NCBI GenBank assembly: GCA_001938485.1
Contig: MQRK01171719.1
Span: forward strand, 1 to 64,000
DNA length: 64,000 nucleotides
Source: Girardia tigrina
Taxonomy: Eukaryota
Direction of reading: 5' to 3'
The notes under the pieces are model-generated. The model was not told the DNA's origin. It did not search any database and saw nothing but the letters and a program-made list of their open reading frames with translations. This document shows positions 38,551 through 51,645 of this stretch, piece after piece. A program made the position numbers and the translations under genes. Numbering within the stretch: the first letter of the stretch is position 1; every line of letters starts with the position of its first letter.

Positions 38551-41457
38551 ATATTTAAAATTAAATTATAAAAATTATTTACAGTTTTAAACACCTGACA
38601 AAACTTTCATTCCAACCTAATTGACTTATGCATAAAATGAGAAGGTTAAAAAGGTTTATTATATTATATTATGTTATATTTGCTATAATTTGTATTTAGA
38701 ATGTAAGCTCTTTGGGTGAAGTTATAAATGATAGAGTTTTTTTATTATCATCTCTTTCGATAACTGTATAATCTCAAGTAGCATGATTATTTTTACTTGT
38801 ATTGCTTTTTTATTATTTTTATTATTTTTTGTTATTTTTATTGCCGGCATGCTATTTAAAGCTCAGTTTTATGAATTTCATAAAGAAATTATAATTAAAA
38901 AATTCGAAGAAGGTAGTTGAAAAAATGAGTCAATCCAAATTACTTATGAAAGCTCGAAAAAGATTCAGTCATTTCAGTATGCGTCAAGGAAAGTTTTGCC
39001 GATTATCCAGCAATCATGAAAAAAATTATAATTCAAATAACCCATAATAATATGGGATATTTGAATTTGAATTTTAAAAAAAATCACTAATTCAATTATG
39101 AATTATACTTACTTATCTTGGACTGCAAACTGATATTGGACGAAATTCATATTGATTTGACGACAATTAACGAGGACTATATTAAGCTGAATACGTCCAA
39201 AATGTTTATATTTATTCCCATTCCGGTTATGATTATCTAACATTTTGTGGGTAACGGTTAATTGAATTAAAAGTTTACGGTTGAACTGCTTGTTTGTTAT
39301 TTTTTTACCAAATCTCGACTAAATAATATTCAATTTTGGTTAACCTCGTTAGTTTCGCAGAACAATTATAATAACAGATTTGCGTTCTTAAGAGTTANNN
39401 NNNNNNNNNNNNNNNNNNNNNNNNNNNNNNNNNNNNNNNNNNNNNNNNNNNNNNNNNNNNNNNNNNNNNNNNNNNNNNNNNNNNNNNNNNNNNNNNNNNN
39501 NNNNNNNNNNNNNNNNNNNNNNNNNNATTTGGATAAAGTAAATTTTAACAGTACCTTGCATTAATATTAATTTTATTTGCCTAGGTTGACAGATTTGTTT
39601 TTTACATATAAATTTAAACCTTGCAAATTGACAACAAAAAATCAAATAAATTACAAATTTAGTTTTTGTTCACCTTTCCTAATTATTTTTATTTTAATTC
39701 ATTCTCTCTTTATTAGTAATCAAAACTCAATATTTGTTCAGTAGATTTACACATCTTTCTTTAAACGCTGTTTAAACTGTAAAATTACAGATAATTTTAA
39801 AAATCTTTAAAAATATTGTTTTTAATGTTTATGTTTCTCGATAAAAACATTTATCAAATATATTGATTAAATTATTTTTTTTGTTTTACAACAAGAAATT
39901 CAACCATTGAAGAAAACGATTTCTTGAAAGCATAGATTTCAGTAACGAGGCAGTATGAATGATAATGGCTTTTGTTTACAAAAGGAAATAAATTATTTGT
40001 TTTGGTTTTCCTTCACAACTTGCGGTTTTGGGCTAATAGAATTAGAATTTATTTAAAGATAATGCGAAAATAATAATTACGAATTAAAAGTAAGAAACTA
40101 TTTTGACAACCTTCTAAGAATGAGACTTTAAATAATAATTTAAATAACATTTTTCTTAAATATTTATCATTTCACAACAGCCTAATTTTATAGATAGTTA
40201 ATTTCGAAACTTAATCATCACATTCAAGTCATCAAGAAAGAAAATAATCTTTAAATATACTTATCTGATTAGGGCTAAGAATTTTATCACATAGTTTTGA
40301 CATTATGTAAACCGGGTTAATGAACTTTTAATAATTCTGCTTTTGAACATTGATTTTTGTGCAAAGTGATCTAATTAACAAAGCATCACACAACGCTCTA
40401 TGTCAAAAACTATCAGAATGCCTTCACAGAATCTTGATATTATCTATATTAATTACATATTTTGCACATTTTCAGCAATAATACTTTTAACCTCATTTCG
40501 ACCGTTTTATTGAATCCTTTTACAGAAATAAGTTTTTATATCATTCAAAAAAGGTATTAATAAATATATTTTTTCATTTTATTATTATCTAACTTCTTTC
40601 TTAAAACCATCCGGAGAAACAAAACTCTAATTTTTAGAAATCTCTTTTGAAGTTACTTTATCCACCTTTTCCATTATTAATTTTTCGAGAAAAGATTTAG
40701 AATAACCACTATGATTTAAAGAATAAATTATTATATTAAAACAATCTTATAAAAATTTAAATATGTTTAGTAATAAATTCATAGTATCCTTAAATAATGT
40801 GTCCTTGTATTTCATTTATTTTTTGATTTAAAATAATTTTTAATTTCGTTTTAATGAAATTCATGTTTATGTTATCACTTTATTTAAACAACAGTAATTT
40901 AAAAACCTAAAAGTGTTATTCTTAAAAAATAAATGACAATTAATTAAAAATTATTTGACAATATAAATTGATGAATTTTTTATTAGTTTTAGTTTGAAAT
41001 TAAATGCTGAAAATTTTATAATATTATTTTTTTCATTATCACAAAAACCAATTTTCTTATTTTATAAAAATAAATAAAATGTATTATTTTTCTAAAAGTA
41101 AGAAAATATTTTTGAAATATAAAACAACTAATTTTATTTCATAATTTAATCTTCTTTCAGTTAATTAATTTAATTTATTAATTTAGCATGTTTTTGTAAT
41201 AATTAATAAAGTAGAAAAAAATAATTAGAATTGTGTACTGATATTTTAAGTAACAGAATAATTTATTCATAATTAGATATTTAAGGAAATCATTTAATTT
41301 TTCATTTTTATTATAAAGATCTAAAAGTTAATAGTTAATTAATCAACCTTTTATCAAAATAGAAAAGGAAATTGTAAAAATTAAAATTTATACTTCTTTC
41401 TTGTTGACATTTTACCCAGTTTAAGATGAAAAGATTTTTGTTTAAAGAAATTAAATA

Positions 41458-41990
41458 TAGGGCGTTCCAGAAGTAATGGGAGAAAATTATTTTGTATACA
41501 TATCTGACAAAATAAAAGAAAATGCAAATTTAATGATACAGCTGTATCTGGCAACACACGGAGAGTGTTCTGTATGGGATCACATTTACACCTGTTTTCC
41601 CTGCAAGGCCGTGAACTGTTCAAACTGGTCCTACGCTGTATGGCATGCTCTTTTTACCATGTCCTGTGGTATTTCTTTAATGCTGCACTCGATCTCTTCT
41701 CGGAGCTCAGCAATGATAGCAGACCTTGTTCGGTAAGCCAGGCGAACAATAGGGCAACTCGATTGCACCACCTCTACCGATCCGCCGCTGAGAAAACTTT
41801 TGGTTGAGTCAACTGCGTACTGAAGCTGCGTAAAGGGAAGGTGCCCCATCATGCTGGAAGATAAGCCTCTTCTTTCTCGCATAAGGCTACACAGTTGTTT
41901 GCAGCAGGAGTAGATAGACTTCAGCATTGACTGGACCATCAAAAAAGTAAAGTCCTAAGACATTAGCCAGAGTTATTCCACACTACACCA
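41458..41990 (-). mobile_element. Tc1/mariner (maT/rosa-like) 3' fragment with one TIR
   Basis: TA+TAGGGCGTTCC terminus; IFQHDGAPSLYAASVRS*LNQKFSQRRIGRGGAIE; IAELREEIECSIKEIPQDMVKRAC. Confidence 0.8.
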
Positions 41991-43653
41991 TAATTCCCTG
42001 GTGAGAGTTTAGAATCAAATAATAATAGTTAATAATTATTAATGAACATAATAAATCATCAAATCAATCAATGTCAATGAGTATTTTCCTGGTCAAATAC
42101 AAATGAGTGTTGCCGAAATTGTCACATAGAATTTGATGTACCAATACCGATGTATGTTTTCCTCGATACAGTAGGATCTCTGTGAATGATGCGGTTAATG
42201 AAGTCTCCATACACTGCATCATCTCCAAATAGTCAATGTATGTCCACTCGAAGGCATTCCAAAATTAATTGATGTCTAGGGTTAAGAATTTCATCGCTTA
42301 ATTACATTTTGAAAACCTAATTTCTAAACATTTAATAATTCTGCCTTTTGTACAATGATTTTCAAGCAGCGTGGCCTAATTAACAATGCTTTATACAACG
42401 CTCTCTCTCAAAACTTATCAAAATGCTTAGATAGAATACAAATGTTTCGTTGAGGATACATGTAACAGTCAATTCTGATTTCATTTCTTTGTTTTATGTA
42501 CTAACTATAAGAATGTACTAAACTTTAAATTATTTGAAATTTTCCTTCATACATCTAAATTATATTAAAATAAATAATTGAAATATTCTTTTTCCAGAAA
42601 AATATTAAAAACTTTATTTATTGATAGTATAATTATATTTTTTTAATTAATCTTCGAGTTTTAATTGTAAGTCCTTTCAACCCCATTAATATTGGTTCAT
42701 AATTAATTCTCTTCACAAAAGCATAAAGGTCGTTATTTCTTTCATATTTTTTCAGAACATTTAATGTTAAAATTTCAAAGTCGAAAATTCTTTGAAATGT
42801 TCTTTTGAAGATAAAATAATACAATAAAATATTTTAATAAAAAATTTTTTAATAAGTAAAAATAGGATTCTGATTATTTAAAATTATTATATGTTATATA
42901 TTGAAATTATAATGTTTTTTTAATTAAATACTTTTTATTTTAATAAGAGAAAAAAATAGTTTTTTCAATTAAATTAAAAATATATGAAGAAATTAATCAG
43001 TTAAAATTTCAAAACCAACATATTTATTAAATTATATTTTAAAAATTAATTTAAAAATTGAGATACATTTGTTACAAATCGAAATAACCATAATAATTGA
43101 ATATAAATTATTATTAAATATTTGGTTGATAAAACACAAATTTATAGTTTATTCCATTAATATTAATTTCAATTGTTTTTGATAGACGTACATCATTTAA
43201 AAATAGAAAAATTTAAATAAATGTATACTTGATTTAGCCTATTTAATAATGGATATTCCATATAGGTACACAATTTTCTTTTGAATTTAGATAATTTTGA
43301 AAGCATAATTTTATTAGTAATTAAACATTTTTTTACATAAAATACAAATAACGATATAAAAATTTTATAAAAAAGAAATATAACCTGTTATTAAAAATCA
43401 TCGAGGGATTAAAAAAGTTACTTATAACAGAAATTTACTTATAAGCGACAAATAAACAAATTAAAAGCCTGAGTGTATTATGGAATAAGATAGTCTGATA
43501 TAAGAGTTTGTCTTTTTATTTTTTGATTATATCGATTTCAGTGAGCATAACATATATTTACCAAATATTTGTTTATTTGTTGATTTGTCACTCACGCTTG
43601 ATAGTCTACTTAAATTGTAAGTAGATTATTAAACAAAAAGTTATATCATATTA

Positions 43654-44361
43654 TCTACAAATATAATAATAATTATAATAATTTGACTACTTACAATTGC
43701 AAATAGATAAGAATAATATAATTTTTAAATACAAAAAGAAAAGAAATTTAATAAATTGAAAAAAATCAATATAATAATTAATTAAAAGTAAAAAACTAAA
43801 ATATTAATGTTTAAAAATAAATTAAAATAATTAATAAAAAAACAATTAATAATAATAAAAAATAATTAATAATTAAATAATAATAATAAATTATTAAATA
43901 ATAATTAAATAAAAAGAAATGAATAAGTAATTATTAAAAAAAGGAATGAATAAATAATTATTAATAATAAATTAAATAACTATTAATAATAAATTAAAAA
44001 ATTAATTAATTTAATATAAATATTAAAAACAAATATATATACATATATATTATATTTGTATAAAATGTATGTTTTTTGTTTGTCGGTAACGCTTCGATCA
44101 AAATTGGAAATTACATAGGAACCCAAACGAATCCACGTAAGGATGTGGTCAATCTGGATAGCCCGCATGGAGACGGTTCCATCTGTGCAGCCCTTCCTCC
44201 GGAAGGTGATGCATAGCCGACTTAATTGACCGACTGTTAAATCAACACATAGTTTGAAACAATAAATAATAAATTGTATTAATTAAGATTTAAAAATCAA
44301 AACAGAAACTTTTAAATAAAAAAATCAGCTCAACAATCATTTATGACGGGTCTTTTTCTAG
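43654..44361 (+). mobile_element. Complete non-autonomous Helitron (~708 bp)
   Basis: A|TC...CTAG|T termini, no TSD, degenerate 3' hairpin (..TCATTTATGACGGG), homologous to 6795-7714. Confidence 0.85.
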
Positions 44362-44599
44362 TTGTCAATACTTAGCATCACATCTTGTATAGTTTATCGA
44401 CAGTTTTGTCTTGATAACATAAATTAAACAGTTTTGTGAAGTTAATGATGATGCTTGATCACATGTCAGTTTCACACATGTTTTATAATTATTGATGGTA
44501 ACACCAAGTTCCTTTTTTTCTGAATCTAAAGAATCAATTTGATTTTGGTCTGGTAGTTTAAAAAAACATTCAAGTCATTTCCGATGTTTGAAAATCAAT

Positions 44600-45730
44600 G
44601 AATTGTTTTCTTTTTTAAAATAAATTATTTATTTTGCAACTTTCCTCCTGAAAAATGGTTTCATCCTTTTTTTGAGGAGCTACAAATCTTTTGGTTTTTT
44701 GAGGAGCTGCAAATCTACAAAAGCAATTAATGATAGTAATTTTCTTTACATTTTCTCATGTTTTTATTGACATTTGAAAGACATTAAAAAGCCTTAATTT
44801 AATTTTTTTTATCATTATCAATTGCATAAAGAAATTATCTGACTCAGCTTTTGTAATGAAATTTGAAATTGTTGATTACACATCGATCCATCAGTTACAA
44901 ACCCTCATTGTGTTTTATGGCCAAAAATAATTTCGATATTGAATAGCATAGTTCCTTTTCATGAAATGTAATGGACAGTTATATATTATTGAAAGTGTTT
45001 TTCTTCTTATTCTTGTTAGCTCGCTATATCATTCATCCACACAGTTTTGTTTGAATAATAATCAATTTTTCCTGTTTTTATTTGTAAAACAACTTTGATT
45101 AGTTCAATTCACAGATAACGAAAAATGTAAGCTTTTTTCTATATAAACTGGTGCATAAATATACGGTAATTCTGGACTTTATTTTCTTTCACCATTACTT
45201 TTTTAAACTTTGATTTTTTAATGTTTTTCTTTGCATTGCATTTGTAAAAACACCGCTCTCGTCCTTGCTTAAAACATCATCATCTTTATATGTTTTTCAC
45301 AATTTGATCCACTCATTTTTTATCGAAGATTCAACCGTTTATAAATTAACAGACATCGACAATATGGTATCTTTATTCATCTTATTTAAACCCTTACATT
45401 CATAATTATTCAGAAATTTTGTCTGCTTAATCTTGTAAAATAATACCACGAATAGCTGCAGTTGTGTTTCTTTGAAATAAAAATCATTCAAAAAGCTTTT
45501 TATTTCATTCAGCATTCTCAATCATTCGAATTAATTTTTCTTTTCTGAAAATTTAGACCTTTTGACAATATGTTTTTCTTTATTTGTTTATGATTCACGA
45601 TATAACATACGAACTCACTGGGAAGTCTTCCTTTAGATCGGCATTCTCGGTTCTTTTTTGAAGAAGCATATGATTTCGAATTTCTGTTCTAAACTTTTAC
45701 CTTTTCTGGTTTGTTTTGACGTAGTATTTT
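44600..45730 (-). pseudogene. Degenerate Tigger/pogo (CENP-B-like) transposase
   Basis: YKDDDVLSKDESGVFYK (N.DETGLFYK-like), KVRITVYLCT, DYYSNKTVWM, with upstream CENP-B HTH-like remnants. Confidence 0.65.
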
Positions 45731-46079
45731 GACGTAAAATATGGTATTAAAAAGAAGGAAAGACAAATCGAGTCAAACAAGCAATTTTATTTTCAAATTA
45801 TTTTGCAAGTACAAATTTTTAGTGATTTTTATTGTAAAAAAACTTTTCAAAATGAAATTTATTTTCGAATAATACGATTTTCGATAACCAATTTTGCTTT
45901 TAAGTTATAACGCAACATTGAGTCAAAAAACTGATGTTTACGAGAACGCAATGTAGAACTTGTCTACAATCGACAAATTGTCAATAGGTGAATTGTTAAT
46001 GACCGAATTTTACATTTCTTCTTTACACATCTTTATAAGAAAATCTAGTCAATTTAATTGAATTGATAAAATTATTTAT

Positions 46080-47320
46080 AGAAACGGCTTTCTATACAGT
46101 TCCAATCTAGTTGTTATTTATTGCTACACTTGATGATTTCGGATTACCAGATACTTTTATTGAAACTATCAGAATTGTTTACAAATTAACATTACTTGAC
46201 ACTATCTTTAGACTCGCAATGAATTCCAATACACTCGAACCTGTTTTATTCAATTTTTAGTTGTACGATCTCATACGCATCGAACATTTGTGAAACCCAC
46301 GACAAATTTGCATAAAAATAGGTTTGAGAGTATCCCTAGCTTGTAAATATGGTTTCTTATCATTATCAAGGATACTGGTCGTTTAGTACTGTTATCCATT
46401 TAAAATAAAATGACTAATTCCGATTCTAAGATTTATTAATTATAACACAATATTAATAATCTCAACTTTTTAATGGGAAAAATAGTGATGTTATAATGAC
46501 TCACATTTTCAAAGCCTTTTCATTGGTTTACACTCTCAAATACACACATACTATCAACATACATTCAACATCAGACAAGTAACCCATATTATTGTATCAT
46601 CACAACTGACTTTACACAATCAATATAATCAGCAATCACATCAAAATTATTACGTAATTAATATTAGTTATTTCTGTTAGTAACAAACCATATTTATTAC
46701 GTAACTATTTCTACTGTACAATGATTTTTTAATGATTATTATGTACCATCTTTACATGAATCCAATACAATACACTTTCCCGAGATAATATCAAATAATG
46801 AAAATATCGTATCAATTCTTTTTATTATCAAATCTTGATTTATCCAGGATTTGATGCGATTAGTGTTATTGACACTAATTCTTTATATATCGTTATCCTT
46901 CCTTTCGTGTATTATTAATGGAGTTGCTTTTCTACCGTCAGCCCAAAAAGATAAAACAACACTTATTCCCACTGAAGAAAGTCACATTGATTTTATAACA
47001 ACATGGCATCGACAAAAAATTGATACTTTATGTTTTACTATAATTTAAATAAGATAATTTTTAAGATCAAAAGCTGTTACATCCATGAACAGTGATTTGA
47101 CCCAATTAATTTTATTAATTGATGTTTTCAAATATGTCATTTATGGCTCTAGAAAGTAAAACTTGATAAGATAAAACTGCTAGATTTGTGAATCTTCTAA
47201 GGTATATCTTTTTTCTATTGAAAAATCACGTAACATATCCACTCGTTGCTTTAAGTTAAATGTTTTTATCCAAAGTTGATGTTTTTGAACGACCACATAT
47301 AAACAATCTGGTTACTATAT
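46080..47320 (-). pseudogene. Second degenerate pogo-family (DDE_1) transposase
   Basis: LFMDVTA, HVVIKS..ISVVLSFWADGRKATPLIIH, SWINQDL, CIVLDS, PYLQARD. Confidence 0.65.
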
Positions 47321-47329
47321 ATTTCCTAA

Positions 47330-47420
47330 CTAGAAAAAGACCCGTCATATATGATGGAAGAGCTCAATTTTCTTCTTTTAAAGTTTCTCTTTTAATTTTA
47401 AAATTTAAATTCTAAAAAAA
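47330..47420 (-). mobile_element. Helitron 3' end
   Basis: A|CTAGAAAAAGACCCGTCATATATGATGG plus family subterminal sequence. Confidence 0.8.
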
Positions 47421-47602
47421 ATGAATTTGAGTTTCCCTCGCGATTTTGAATAATTCATATCATTGGGTTCGTGATAAATTGGAAGTCATAATTTTTCAAA
47501 CTTTATTTCTACTACAATTTCCATTATTGAAAGAAATTTATGAGGAACAATATTTCAATTACATAATTCAGATCTAAAAATTCTAATTATAAATAATAAT
47601 AT

Positions 47603-47649
<47 letters not shown>

Positions 47650-47735
47650 NNNNNNNNNNNNNNNNNNNNNNNNNNNNNNNNNNNNNNNNNNNNNNNNNNA
47701 TATATATATAAATTTTAAAAAAATATATATATGTA

Positions 47736-47776
<41 letters not shown>

Positions 47777-47939
47777 TATTTTCTTCAATTTTGCATAAAT
47801 CTTATTTTGTTTCTGTTTTATTAATTTTTTACAATCTTTATAAATTTAGATCTTTAAAAATATTTTAATGGACATATCCTGTAAAAATTCAATTCCTAAA
47901 TAATCTTTCTTTAATTTTAAATCATTCTATTTTAAATTA

Positions 47940-48440
47940 TTTTTTTAATAAAACTTTCCATTGACAATTAAATTCAATAACATTATGATTTTTATTTTAG
48001 ACTTGATTTTAAAATATTCACTAAATTATTTTTTTAATAAAAACTTTCCATGTACAATTAAATTCGATAAACATTCTAATTTTATTTTAAATAGTGTTAC
48101 AACATATATCAAAATCTTCTTTACAATATTCTTTAACTTCGAAGATGATATTTTAATTGTAAATTTTTAAAACTTAATTTTTATAAAAATTTGTCCCAAT
48201 TTAATTAAAATATTATCATTACTCTAAAATTTTTACAAAACTTATTTCATTTTAATTAGTAACATACTATCTGTGAACTATAATTTTTACAAAAATTATT
48301 TCAATTTAATTAGTAGAAATATTACCTATAAAATATATTTTTCATGCAATCTTATTTATTTTAATTAGTAAAAAATATTACCTATAAACTTAAATTTTTT
48401 TATTTAAAAAATTATTTCATTTTAATTAGTCGAACATTAT
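47940..48440. repeat. AT-rich minisatellites (two ~58-bp copies, then ~5 units of ~55 bp containing TTATTTCATTTTAATTAGTA)
   Basis: Direct reading. Confidence 0.7.
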
Positions 48441-50163
48441 TTTTAGTTTATCTAAAATATAAATATGATTTTTAATTTAAAAAGCTCAAAAATTTAAAAA
48501 TATCAAAAATTTAAAGTTAACCAAAAGGAACCCCAACACATAAATCCGTAGGGTGAACCAAAAGTTTTTTTCGGATATGTTGTCATTCTTAAATAAATAT
48601 ATATATTTTATGTGCAAGTGTTAGATTCTATTTTAAAAGTCTGCAATCGTTTTATTCCTATATGTAGCAGATCCGCAGACGCTGCTTATTTTGGCGTGTA
48701 ATTTCATTTTAGCCGGAGTTATTATGCATTTATTAAAAGATTCAGCCCTGCAAAATTAAGAAAAAATTTGATCACAGCAAATTTTGAGCTTTACGCAGAT
48801 GAAACTCTTGGTTTTATATTTCCTAATTCTTTAGTCGATCATTTTATTGAACAATAACTTTTCAAATAATTAACAATTTTTCGTTCTGCACAATTTATTG
48901 AAGATCTATTTTCTTTCTGTTGACAAACCAATTTTTAAAACATTGTGAGAGGGTAATAGATATTGTCTCACTGAAAAAGATTTAATACGTCTAACTACTT
49001 TAAAAATTTTGAATAATAAAAATTCATAAATTGAAATTGATTTATCTGAAAAATGATTAAAATTATTTGTATAAAATTTATTCTATAAACTCACCAATAA
49101 GTTGTATTAATATTAAAAAGCTAATAAAATTAATATTCTTAATAAAGATAAATTAACTAAATATTCCATTGATTTTCACTTAATCCCACACATGAAAATC
49201 AACGCCATTTCAGTTCAGATCTAGTAAAAAATGATTCACGTAAATCTGAAAAGCAAAAAGATATATGTTCAAAATTTAGTAAATCGAGAAAAAAAGCATC
49301 TTCACTTGCGAAAGTTACGAACCGAAATTATTTAAGCTAAATCCCAATTTTAAAACGGACACAACGAACTAAAAATAATCAATCAAGTCAGACGACTTAG
49401 CAAAAATCGGAAAGTAAAACGGCTCATAATGGCCACAAATTATGATTGTTGGGACACCGATAATAAAACTTATTGGCCGGATATTCCGGATCAGTGCGGT
49501 TTGAGTTAGTTAACTATTTGTTTTGTTGAAGAAGTAAAATATATTTCATAATTTAACTAAATATTTTCCAACAAATTATTTATATAAAGGAAGAAAAAAT
49601 AATGTAAAATAAAAAAAAATTTATTTTTTTTAATTTATATAAAAATAATATTTAATTAATGCTTTTATATTGATAAAATCTTTTGCAAATTAAGAGACAT
49701 TGTGAAAATTTTGAAAAAAATATTAAATCAATAATTAATGTCTTAAAAATGTTCAAATTTTAGTAATCTTTATAAAATAATAATCCAATAAAAAATAAAA
49801 AAAACCAGGTACGTGTTTATTAATTATTATTTTAAAAATAAAATTGTATTTTCAACTGTTAAAAAAAATTTCTTTTTCATGTCACAATTTATGATATACT
49901 TAATCAAAATTTTAAGACTTATAATTTGAATTTAATAATGTTTGATTCATAGCTTTATCATTAATAATAATAATGTTATTGAATTTGATTTAAAATATCT
50001 AAATTTCACAATTATTATTCAATAATTAACATGTGTTATAGCTAGATTATACTACTTCTTTTAAAATAATTTTGTTGAAATTGAAAAGCATATTTTAATG
50101 GCATACTTTGCCATAAAATACCGGCTTAGTAAATTTAACAATTTTATATTTTAAAAAAATATA

Positions 50164-51189
50164 CAGGGTGCGGCAGCTATTTGAGAACAAAATCACATTA
50201 AGTTCAAAAAATGAATATACAACAGAAAAATAACATTTATTACAATTTAAAATTTTACATATATTAACACGTACATAAAGGACTACATCATTCAATGAAA
50301 CCGCCATTAGCGGNNNNNNNNNNNNNNNNNNNNNNNNNNNNNNNNNNNNNNNNNNNNNNNNNNNNNNNNNNNNNNNNNNNNNNNNNNNNNNNNNNNNNNN
50401 NNNNNNNNNNNNNNNNNNNNNNNNNNNNNNNNNNNNNNNNNNNNNNNNNNNNNNNNNNNNNNNNNNNNNNNNNNNNNNNNNNNNNNNNNNNNNNNNNNNN
50501 NNNNNNNNNNNNNNNNNNNNNNNNNNNNNNNNNNNNNNNNNNNNNNNNNNNNNNNNNNNNNNNNNNNNNNNNNNNNNNNNNNNNNNNNNNNNNNNNNNNN
50601 NNNNNNNNNNNNNNNNNNNNNNNNNNNNNNNNNNNNNNNNNNNNNNNNNNNNNNNNNNNNNNNNNNNNNNNNNNNNNNNNNNNNNNNNNNNNNNNNNNNN
50701 NNNNNNNNNNNNNNNNNNNNNNNNNNNNNNNNNNNNNNNNNNNNNNNNNNNNNNNNNNNNNNNNNNNNNNNNNNNNNNNNNNNNNNNNNNNNNNNNNNNN
50801 NNNNNNNNNNNNNNNNNNNNNNNNNNNNNNNNNNNNNNNNNNNNNNNNNNNNNNNNNNNNNNNNNNNNNNNNNNNNNNNNNNNNNNNNNNNNNNNNNNNN
50901 NNNNNNNNNNNNNNNNNNNNNNNNNNNNNNNNNNNNNNNNNNNNNNNNNNNNNNNNNNNNNNNNNNNNNNNNNNNNNNNNNNNNNNNNNNNNNNNNNNNN
51001 NNNNNNNNNNNNNNNNNNNNNNNNNNNNNNNNNNNNNNNNNNNNNNNNNNNNNNNNNNNNNNNNNNNNNNNNNTCATTCGTAAGAGTAGCTTCTGCCATG
51101 TCTACCAGCAAAAATAAAATTATGTAATTATAACACACAAAAAGATATGGTGTTTATATTACGTGTTCTCAAATAGCTGCCGCACCCTG
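50164..51189 (-). mobile_element. Young maT-like Tc1/mariner element with its interior in a gap
   Basis: Perfect 25-bp TIRs CAGGGTGCGGCAGCTATTTGAGAAC with TA TSDs; the gap edges give the transposase start MAEATLTNE and end ANGGFIE*. Confidence 0.9.
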
Positions 51190-51645
51190 TATGTGTACAA
51201 AAGTTCCAACCGATCCCCAGATTGCCCCGAAGACCGGAAGGTGGTAGCAGAAGTACACAGTTGGAATAGGAGCTCGGACTCGTAGTACTTAGCACATTTT
51301 GTCTTTAAATAATTTGGTAAGTTTTTTATATCAGAATATTTTTTTTTATATCAGAAAACAGGATTTTTGAGAATTCGATTTTGACTCTCAAAATGATATG
51401 AAAATTCTAAAAAAGTCTCAAAATAAATTTTTGAATTGGAAATAAAAGAAATATCGGTTTTACCACAAAAAGTATTAATAGTTTAGAAATTCAGTCAAAT
51501 TGTAACATAAAAAATAAATAAATCTTTGCATGAGAGGAAATGCAAATATAAATGACGATAAAAATTATATAATTAAATCGAATTTAAATTCCGAACAATT
51601 GTAACCAGTCTTTATATAAAACAACATATAATTCTAAAATAAATA

